Positions 20,201-31,565 of a stretch of 64,000 nucleotides of DNA are shown here, piece after piece. Position 1 is the first letter of the stretch; the number at the start of each line of letters is the position of its first letter. The DNA is taken from positions 32,442 to 96,441 of IMG/VR virus record IMGVR_UViG_3300032038_000040; one strand, written 5' to 3'. Position numbers and translations under genes: made by a program. This DNA is from a virus. Taxonomy: Duplodnaviria > Caudoviricetes. The notes beneath the pieces were generated by a model. The model did no database searches. It saw nothing but the letters and a program-made list of their open reading frames with translations, and was not told where the DNA came from.

Positions 20201-23200
20201 TGATAACAGCATCTTCATTTATTACTACATATTCAGTATTGTCTGCCCACATGGTTCCCTTATCAAGGATTATAACATCAGCATTAGTTCCTTTTCCATT
20301 TAAAGTATAGTCTCTCATGTCTTTAAACCGTACTACTTTTGCATCCTTCTTTATTTTATATGCACTAACTTTAGCATAATCTCCTGTATAATGACGATTT
20401 CTTTGGGTTACAACCTCGCCATTTCTCATGAAAGTTTCATCTGACTTATCTGTTCTGGCTTTAGCATAATCTTCAGCTTCTTCCTTAGATGATGTGAAAT
20501 ACAGTGCTCCTTTTAATGAATCATCATAATCTATAGCAGTATGTCCTACAGTCTCACTCAAGTTTTCTGCTTCTCTATCTTCTGTAAGAGCGTACCCTCT
20601 GTACATTACAACGTCTTTTCCATTACCATCTTTAAGAGCCTCTTTTTGATTTGCACTTTCCTTTTCATATTCAGCTTTTGTAAGGAGAGTACCTCCGTCT
20701 TTACTCTTAAACACAATGTTTAATTCAGTGCTAAATCCAAAGTTAGATGCCTGTACAAGAGGACCACCAGCTATTTTTTGTTTATTTATTCTATTTTTTA
20801 TAATTGAATACAATAGCTGTTCTACTCTTTTACTTTGAATAGGATCTGACAAAGGAAAATTAAAATTACCATATTCATCGAGAGACACTGCATCCAAAAG
20901 CTCTATTCCATATCTAGGAGAATTAATTATCTCTTCTCTTAGTAAGTTTGCTATCCTTATATTTTGTTCCTGTTCACTTCCATCAAGTCTCAGTTCTGTT
21001 CTTAATATATTTACACTTTCAGATATATTCTCGGCTACAATATTCTCAAATTCTTTTTTATATTCTCTTGCACTGAGAGACCTTGTTTCTCCTGTTCTTG
21101 AATCATAAAAGTCATATTTAGCCTCACTGCCATCAATATTTGTATATGCTAAGTCAGAATTAAGCACATATCTTACCTATGAACCAAATAATTGTGCATG
21201 GTCTTTAAAGTGATCAGGAATTTCCTGCTGAATAGAATAATCTTCAAATGGAATCTCGAACACATAATCTGAATTATATCCTTTATTTGCATCTCCTATT
21301 ATGGCCATCATATGTTGATAGGCAGCTTCTTCACTATCAAACTTAGACAGATCTATAGTTTTCATTTTTCCTACCTTCACAGCAGATTCAAACTGAATGG
21401 TATCTATACCTTTCTTTTTATTTATTTTTGCTGTATCTTCCATCACCCTAAATAAGGCTCTTAGAAGATTAGGTCTTGATGTGGAATGTCCTTGAAGCAT
21501 AGCATCTGCCATCATTATCAGATATTCAGAGTTCTTGTTTTGCACTCCAATTTTAAGATTTGTTATTGGTGCATCTACTTGAGAACTTTTAAATACTTGA
21601 GAATATACGAATGGCTTAAGAGGTTGAAACGCTTTCTGTATATCAGAAGCATTCCATTCTCCCTACATTATCTTTTCATATGTCCTTTCTGCCTATTCAG
21701 ACCATTTACCAAACATGAGGGCTTTCTTTCTATATGCAGTTGGAGAAGAGAAACCCTAGGCATCAGCCACATTGATATTCCAAAATAATCCTCCATTATC
21801 TTTTATAGAGCCATCTTCATTGTAAGTTCTAGGTCTTACTAGGCTGTTTTTAAGCTATTCATATCCAGCTCTTTCCTAATCACTTTTAGATTCTGCAATC
21901 TTCTTGTCAAAGACTTCCGCAATGTTATCACAAATGTTCGATACAAAGTCTTCTATGTCTTTAAGATAAAATGTTCTCTAGATTCCATCAGATACTCTTT
22001 CTCCTTTAAAGTCAGTAGCCAATACATTAGGTCTGAGTCCAGGAGCATGAATTTCAGCAAGTCTCTTCTGCAAATCCACAGCATTTTTATACATTGCAGG
22101 ATCAGTAATTGTAAGTTCAAGGATATTAGCAGAAGCATAAACATCATTCCAAAGGAATTCCCTCAAGTTTCCCTCTAAGTTACTACTATCTAAGCCCTTT
22201 ATATTATTCATATTCTCTAAAAGACCTGAACTCTTCCAATTTTCGATAGTCTCCGTAACTCTGGCATCTATATTATCTATAATAGATTGCCGCAACAATG
22301 TCACAAGTTCCGATGTATCCCAAATATCTAGGACTTCACCATCTTCTGCAAGACTTATTTGCTTATCAAGCAACTTTCCAAGCTCTGTGCCATTTTCTCT
22401 TTCTGTCTGCAAGAAATCAAGCATTACAAACTTCCTACCATTTTTTTCATAGTTACTTATGGCTGCAACCTGTTTTCCTTCCAGTGCTCTTAAATTAAAT
22501 GTAGCTATTCTTGCTATCTCTTGTCTGGCTATTTTCATAAATCCATCTACAATAGCAGCTTTGGCAGTAGACTCTGTTCCTGCGGAGAAATCTCCCTAAA
22601 AGCGTTTAAATTTAATAAATTCAAAAGATGGTTTATTACTTAGCATTGGAATCTTATAGAAAGCCTCATCAACAGCACTTTTCAAACTCCTGTCAGTAAA
22701 ATATTGAGCAAGGGCAGCCAAGACATACTATTCTGGAAGCATATCTTTCATATAGTTTTTTCCATCAAAACTAAGTTGTACAATATGATCAAATTTCTAT
22801 TTCCTTTGTTCTGGAGTCATATTTGCCAACCATTCCAAAATTTCTATGTTCCACTCTTCAGTGTCCTAATTTTTGAACCATTCTGATTGACCATATTCTT
22901 CCTCAATAAATTTATTGAATTCCTCTTCAGTACTGTTTGCAATTTTTTGTACTAATTTAGTCATATAAGATGGAGTCACATACTCCTAATATGTCTTTCC
23001 ATTATCATAAGTGACATTATCTCTTGTTAAACCAAGAGAATCTTGGAATGGCTTAATGAAACTTATGACATTTCCAGCAATTCCCTTTTTATAGTCCGTA
23101 ATATCATATGTGGAATTATTCTTATTTGCATTTAAATTCTTTAATATATATTGTAGAGATGACCTTATAGAAGTAATATCCTAAGAACTGAGAGTCTTTT

Positions 23201-26200
23201 CTTCAATAGCAGACTAAGGAATCTCATACCCAAGATATTTACTTATTTCCCTGATGGTATTAAATACTTCAACCTGATTAAAGTCTGATATTTGCTTGTT
23301 GTCTTTGTCTGTTACCTGAGTTCTTAACTGGTCACTAAGTTTATTTAACTGATCTAAGGAAGTCAAATTAATTTTTCCGTTGCTCAGTATAGGATGAGTT
23401 CCAAGTAGTTGCAATGCTTGCAACTGTCCTTTTACTTCTTTATTAAGAGGATTAGTATTTGCAGGTATAGACTTGAGAACACCCTTTTCCTTAATTACAA
23501 TAGTATAATTCTAATGATGCTTACATATTGTAGTAAAGAACTGACTCTAAAATACCGCATTTGGATTTTCTTTGCCATTTACTATTGTCAATTTTTCTAC
23601 TAAGGGCTTTAACCAAGGATTATTCTCTACTTGTGCCTGCAATTTCTACAACATATCCTTATAAGAAATCATTCCCTATGTCCAATTGACTATTTTATTT
23701 ATTGCTTCTGTGGCATCTTTTCTCTTTCTTATTCCATATTCATCTGTTCTATATATAGGATTTCCCTCAGTATCAAAATCAGTAATATCAAAGAGCTTGT
23801 GCATTTCCCTTTTTACTTCCTAAGAAGCACTTAAAATATCCTGTGTCCTGCTCTCTGTCTGCCAATGCTCTTGCATATTTCCCTCAGTTTCTCTTAAAGC
23901 ATCATCATCCTAAGAATTCTCATCTCTCTGAGAACCCTCAGTAGCTTTGGACATTTCTGATGTGCTCAAGAAAGTGAATCCCTCGAGTTCAAATATTTCA
24001 TCTGCAGCTAAAGTCATAAGTCCGCCAAAGTTTTCTGAGAATACTTCTGCTTTAGTTACAGTATCGTCCTCCAGGTTCTCATTTACTTCAAAATCCAACT
24101 ATTCATTTTCTACAAAAAGTTCTGCATTAGCTAATTTAATGAGATTGTCAGCTCCAATATAATTCACTGTCTGCAATCTGGACATTCCTTTTAGTTTCTC
24201 AATTTCTTTTCCTTTTTTATCTTCTGCAATTTCTTTACCAAAATTATCAAAAATAGCTTCAGGATGCTCTTGATAATAAGTTATCATATCACTTATCTTT
24301 GTAGCTACAGACTATGCTACCTCTCTTATTTCCTAAGAAGGTATATGTATTCTACCATTGTTTTTTATAGCTTGAATTTGCTTTATGCCTCTTTCTACAG
24401 AAGACTCTTTCTTTTCTCTTTTTGTTTGTTTATTAGTTTCAGTATTTTCTTGTGTTGAAGGAGTAATAACTTCAGATTGTTTGGCTTCCATTGATTCTGG
24501 AGTCAATCCATATTGCAGGGCATTATTCTTTTGCTCTACATCCATTCTATAAATTTCTTCTTTCAAAGAAGATAATTTTTCTTGTAGATATTTATATGCT
24601 TCCGAATTTTTTACCAGCCCCTTTCCTAAATCACTAATTGGAAGAGCTATTTTCAATCCTGCTCTAGCCATTTCCAGAGCTCTGTTAATAGCATTATCTA
24701 CGGACAATTTAATATCATTAACATTCTAAGATGATGTATCTATGAAAAGCTGATTTGCTAAAGAACTTTGTTCACTGCCCTCCAATATATAAACTGTTTT
24801 TGGATTCTCCTATATAGTTCTCGTTGTTGGATTTTCAATAAATTCTACTCCAACATTCTTAAATTCCTAAGGAATTAAAGAAGGGTCTGTACGTTTGAGT
24901 ACTTCCAATGCCTCTGCAGGAGTCAAAGGATTTTGTCTATCTCCAGACATGAAGTTGTATTCTTCCTTTTCAGCCAGTGCTTCCGGAGCATTAGGGAACT
25001 AATCAGTAACCCAAACTCCACCACCTTCAAAATAAGGCTGTAATAATGCAGAGGCTGCCTCTCTTAATTCTTGTTCCTACAATTCAAGAGATGCCATAGC
25101 ATGAGTACTTCCCCAAATAGAGCCATTAATTCTCTCATATTCAGAAACAGCATCTGTTAAATCCATTTCCTCGTTACAAACCTTATTATATAGCTCAGGA
25201 CTAACATCACTCAATCTCAATGCAAGCTCATATTCATAGGCTTCTGCTTCTTTTTGTGCTTCCTACCACTCTTCTTTTTGTGATTCTGAATAGGAATTCT
25301 ACATTTCCCTTATTCCTTCTTCTATAACCTCTTGGTTTATGGTTACTATACCATTATTAATAGAAACTGCGTCCTAAGAGAAACCTAAATTCTATATCAC
25401 ATCCAACAGAACATCCTAAGCAAGCTTGTAATCAGCTACTACTTCAGCATTCTCTTCTCTTTTTAGCTTCTTAAGCCAATAATTGCCATGATAAGAATGT
25501 AAAATATATTCACCTCCTTCTGACTAGATACTATTAACACGATTGAATTTAAATCTGGTATTCATTAAGAAATCAATCACTTCTGTGCTGTTATTGAACA
25601 GTCTTGGAGTCACACTGTCAACACTTATAATCTTATTTCCTCTATAAGCATTGTATGAATCCCGCTGTTCTTGTATCTTTGCCTGCTAGGTCTTAATATC
25701 TATTACATTATTAATCTGCTTTAATACTCCTTCAAAGACACTGCCTTGTATGTCAATACCAAAATATTTGTTGAAAAATTTAGCAAAGGCATTAACAATC
25801 TTATCCCATACAGACTATTTATTGTCGGGATCTTTAATTTGTGCCAATTCTTTTTGGAATTCTATATTACTGGCAGCTTCAGATAAGAACTCATGTAGGT
25901 TACTCATTCCATAGAATGACGCTGCTCTCTATCCTAATGCAGTCTTGGATAAATCATATAATCTAGAAACTTCATTATAGAAATCAGACTCTTCTTTGGA
26001 CAGGGTGTCGGGAGCTTCCTCTCCACGATCTATTATATCAATACTAAAGGTGTGCAGGCATTCATGCAGCAACATATTTGTAAGTTCCCTGACTGTGCTT
26101 CCCTGAACCATTAAAGGATTAATTCTAATCACTCCATTATTAGCATCTGCAAGAGGAACAAATGAAGTTTTGGTTCCATCAGCTCTCATATGTTCTATTC

Positions 26201-29200
26201 TCTATAATGCCACAGCTTTTATTACAGGAAATGCCCCTCTCTTCTAGTATGAATCTAATATAGCTTCAAACAGGGTTGTTCTAGGCCCTGTCTATGTGCT
26301 CAAGTAATCAGAAAGCTGTTTCCATAGCCTGTTATTAAGTTGGAATGGAAAAGCTCTTTGCGGAAATCCAGAGGCCACTACCCAACCTTTTACTTTGGCA
26401 TCATAATACATTCTACAAGCATTCTTGCCTAATAGATTTCTTCCTTTCTATAAATAGTCATATGCAGAAGAGAAGTCTTTAAATAATTTTGGTCTGGAGA
26501 AATGCTTTCTGAACATATCTAATTGACCTGGAGACATAGGATTATTTTCTGGAATAGAAGGAAGGTCGTCAAGACTTTCTTCTAAATCACTTATAGATCT
26601 CTTTATCATTTCCTCTGCATTAGGAAGAACTTCTTCAGGAGTTTTCTCCATAGCTTCCTTGTCTTCCTATTCTACCATATCTTCATCTGCAAGGTCTTCA
26701 CTTTGAGATTCCTCTCCTCTTAATGCAGTATAATAGTCATTAATGTCCATTGCCTAGGCCTGCAAAGTAGAATATGTTAAACTCTCTGCTTGTTCTAAGG
26801 CATTTTTATCTACTTCTCTGTTAGTAATTCCCTTCAAGAAATCTATGATGCTATGCCATATTTCCTGTAACATCGACTTAAATTCCTTATTATTCATAGG
26901 AGGAACATTTTCCAATAACTCCCTAAGAGAATCATTTGTAAAGACCTCAGCCAAGAATTCTATAGCATCAGTAAATCCATATACAGGTGCTGGTGATGAT
27001 GGTGATGTAGGAAACAATACAGATGAATCTAATCCACTTTCTTCTATGTAGTCTCTTACATGATCCATGAATCTGTTAATATAATCAGCAAATTCTTTTC
27101 CTTCTTCAGTAGCAGAAGAAAGCTGATATAAGGTTCCTGCATGAATCATTTCATGCATAATTGTATTACAATCTGCTTGATTAGAAATCCAGATTTCATT
27201 CTTATAAGCATAGTACTAGGCAGGAACTAAATTTCCATTATCTGATTTTATTTCATTTCCACCAATACGAATTTTTACATCTGGATTGGCTTTTTCTATT
27301 AAATCAAATAAAATTTTAAATTCACTATGCTCAGCAGTTACTTTATCTCTTACTTCCTAGAAAGTACCATCTCTTTGAGTAGTTTCATTTTTATATACTG
27401 CAAATAGTGGATTATTAACTAAATCTTTCTATGCCTAATTTAATTTTCTCTCTAACTTTGAATTATATTCGGAGTCATAGTTTATGTCATTGCTCCTTTC
27501 AGAAAATTCTCCTGTATTAGTAGTTGCAGACTTTATCTGGTTTGGATCTTTAGCTGCATACCATACTTGTCCATTACCAAAGTCATGAATCATGCCATCA
27601 TTTCCTGATTTCATTACTCCTTCAGCAGGATTCTTGACATTCAGGAATACTGGCATATTTATTTGACGGCTGCTTCCTTGGTAATTGGAGAAATAGAATC
27701 CTCTTCCAAACAACGCACTTCCTGTTAAACTTCCTATAAAGGACCTTAACTTTGAGAATTTCGTAAATTTATTATTTGTGTTGTGGTATACTACCAAAGG
27801 CTCTCCGTTCTCATCAACTATTTTAGAGACAGAATTATTTTGTGTTATTTCAGCAATAGCTTCTTTTAGAAGATTTCTTTTTTCAGCGATTTCCCCATTT
27901 ATAACTTCCTTAATAGGTACATTGCTATACTCATCTATATCTTCTAAATTCCTTCCTCTTGTAATGTCAGCAATGTGTAAAGCTATTAATACTTCAATAG
28001 CATCATTCACATTAAGATTTCTTTTGACAGCATCATTTACAATTCTCCTGGCATCTTCTGCTGTAAAAGATTTATCCTCTTCAAGGGTCATCATGTGATT
28101 AGCGATTGCAAATTTTGCAAGTCCACTAATCTTACCTTTAAATATCTTGTCAAGTATTTGTTCACTTTGAAAACCATGCTTATGACCCCCATGGAAAGGT
28201 TTGGCTATATCATGCAGTGCTGCAGCAACAATCAAACTTTGCTTGAGGTCTTCTGTAATGTCAGCTACTTGTGCAGACTTAACAACATTCTGAAGATGCT
28301 CTAATGTATTATTTTCTCCTATATGATGTTCTTTTCTTTCTCTTAAGGTTTTTCTACCTCTAGCAAATAAAGACTCGTCAGCATTTTTAAAATAGTTATC
28401 AGTAAGTTCCTCTAATTTTTCAAAGTTAATGCTACCACCTTCATTTAAAATTTCGAGTGTGTTCAGTTTGCTTTCTGCCAAAGATTCCCAATCACCAAAC
28501 CAGTTCTTGAATGCCTTTGTCCTTACCTGCAGCCATTGACGCTCTGTGAGATTTGTAGGCTTGCCATTAGGTGCTTTCATGAAAGTACCGTCAGCTATTG
28601 CCTGTTGTTTTATGGACTGCATTTCATTGTCATATCGAACTTGCATATCTCTAAAACGAGCCTCATTGGCATCAAGAATTTTTTCTATGGCAGACTCAGC
28701 ATCTCTAAGTAAAGTATTATTTGAGTTTATGTGCAACAAGTTCTTGAACCATTCTATCATTCTTTGAAATATATTGCCTTTTCTTGTTGATGGGAGTGCT
28801 CTCAATACTTCTCTAAATGCCTTTCTTCCCAAAAATTCAGCAACAAATTCATTAGCATCCTTTCCTGCATAACCCAAATCAATGCCATACTATACACCTA
28901 AACTTCTATAATCCTTGAATATCTACAACAAATCTCTTTTAGCTTCAAAATCAAGACCCTCCAATATATCTATAGTGAGTTCATGACCTATTTCGTGTAT
29001 TACAGTACTTTCAAAATTATTGATTGCGATGCTTCTATTTTTCCCCTACAGGGCAGTGCCATTTATTTCTATTTCTCCACTTCTTCTTCTATATCCTCTG
29101 GCACCCTCTCGTTTACCAGTATAAGTAATTTCTTTCTCTGCAATTTCTTTAATGTCTGAAATTCTATTAAGCAGAGATTTAGCCATCACTCTTATAGCCT

Positions 29201-31550
29201 TATCAGAGGATTTTTTGGATATATAAGTAAGAATATCTTTGATGTTTGCTTTGTTGTCAGGAAAATATTTTGACACATTAATATCAAAATACTTTTCTCC
29301 AAGCTTACTGTTCATGTAATCTTGGATTCTTTGAGCTACTTCCTGCTGTACATCCAAAGGCAGATTCCATTGATTTGCTCTTATTTTAGCCAAATCTCCA
29401 TGTAACTATTTTGTCAAAAGTCCAAATCTTTTAGACTTGGCTGAGCCTCTTTGTTTTTCTGGAACATACCAAGCGAAATCCCAAATATCTTTCTATCTTT
29501 GCCAGCGTACTTTCTTACTCATAGCGTTTTCTGCATTTGATATAAGATATTCGGAATCTCCTATTTTCTATTTCCTAAATCCATAAATATTAGGAGATTC
29601 TCCAATAAAGAAATCCAATAATTTGCCTTTTACTCCATCATTTAAATATAGTTCTTGTTTGGATAATTGCATTCTTCCTATCTCATTTCCATTCTCATCT
29701 TTAATAATTTGGAAATCTTTTACTGTAGGATGACTTTCCAAAGTAAACTTTCTATCCATTGAGATGTATGTTTCGGTGGAATTCTTTCTATTATCTGTAT
29801 CTATAATAGTTCTTACGTGTTGAATATTAGGAAACAGGGAATGTAACTTTTCTTCCAGTTGTGCTTTAGTAGTTCCATTTTCAGTACTGAAGTCAATATC
29901 ATGTAATGGATTACTAGATGGACGATACACAGTTCCCTAAAGTCTTACTGCAGTACTCCCAGTTAAAGCTATTCCAGCATCTGATAATTTTTTTATTATT
30001 TCTGCCTCATATGGATTCTCTTTAAATGCCTGCTCTACATCTAAGAGTTCGGCTAGCTATGTTGAGTTGCCTTTAATTCTTGTTCCTCTTATTAAAGAAT
30101 AATCCTCTCTTCCAAGAGATTCTACTATATTTCTAACCAGTTGCTTTCTTTCATTTACTCTATTGCCATAAAACAATTTGCTGAAGAAGTCAGAAATAAC
30201 ATTCCAAATTCTTCTAGCTAAAGATGTTTTTCCAATTTCTCCTGTATATGCATTTCTCCATTCTGTTGCTATTTGTTTTCCTATAGAACGAAAGGCTTGA
30301 TCTTTTCCAGGGAATCTATTCATGATGTCTGCAAGAGAAACCTTTTTCCTACCTACTAATTTGGCTACTCCAATAGGCAAAGTAAATATTTTATCTTGAG
30401 GATTTTGAATCATTTTTTCAAGAGCACTTTCTGGAATAATGAAATCCAATCCTTTCATCTGCTCATGAATAAGCCACTTTCTCATTGCTGGATTAAATTG
30501 CATCATAAAAGCAATAGCATATCCAACCCCATCAGTAATTTCTGAGGCATTTCTTGTAGTTATGGCTCTATGTAAAGCATCAAAAAGAGGAACATTGCCA
30601 TTATAACTGGCTGCTTCCTAATGAGTCATTCCAAAAGACTCGAGAAAACTATTGATACTTTCATCTAAAGTAGTTAGTCTATTAGGGAGAGGCTATTTAA
30701 AAGAGGAATCTGTCAATAGCTTGTCTGCCAAGTGTTCTTTTGATGAAAGTTGAATTTTTTCAGCATCATTTTGAGTTGCGTTTATTTTTTCTCTTGTCTG
30801 TTCATGATACTGAATATTATCATATTTATTTATTCTGCTCTCCTCAGTAGTTCTTCTATTTGTTTCTTTTGCACTTTCATTGTATATTATTACATCGGCA
30901 CTTTCCAAGAAAGAACTATTCGCAGTTATGACAGTTTTACCTTGCTTAACTAGTTTCTATATTTCCTCCCTGTATTTTTTCCCAAACTCTTTCTTCTACT
31001 ATGCAGACAAAGTATTAAAGAAAAATCCAGCAGTATCTCTTGATACTCCCAAAACTTTTCCTAAAATAACATCAGAATCTATCACATTTACATTATCTGC
31101 AATTGTGGTTTTTCCTGTTCCAGCTTCTGCATAAATTAATTTTCCTTTGTACTCTTGTTTTAAAGGAGTGGCATTAAAGGTTTTTAAGTTTCCATCAGAA
31201 TCTTTCATAACAGGAGTACTGACAGAGCATTCATATCTTCCATCAGGCAATTCTTTTTTATTTATTGATTCTGGATTAAAGAATCTCCCTGCGTCTGCTA
31301 TATAATCATTTGGATTATCTACTATTACCGGATCACTATATTTATTCCACCAAAGTTGCATTTGTGCATCAGAGGTTATTACATTATCCTCACTATGAAG
31401 GTGGTCTCTAATCCAATCATCACTAGCAAATTCATCAGTATTATTCTAATTTTGATACTAGTGCTGTAAATTTCTTAAATGTCCAGAACTAATATTCAGT
31501 CTTTTTGCCTATTCTTTGAATTCTGTGTTATGTATATTTACGCAACTCAT
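17256..31550 (-). CDS. Giant virion RNA polymerase fused to polyvalent domains (~4764 aa, TAG=Gln)
   Basis: 19 track fragments in one frame, all checked to end in TAG; GYRIP...GSDFDIDK catalytic motif (DFDID 19884-19898); ATG 31550 (MSCVN), TAA 17256. Confidence 0.88.
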
Positions 31551-31565
31551 ATTGTTATTTATTTA

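Noticed and set aside
20190-20650. Intein or intron in RNAP; also looked in PolA, RNR and MCP
   Set aside because: Frames are continuous, with no C/S...HN splice motifs or homing endonuclease motifs.
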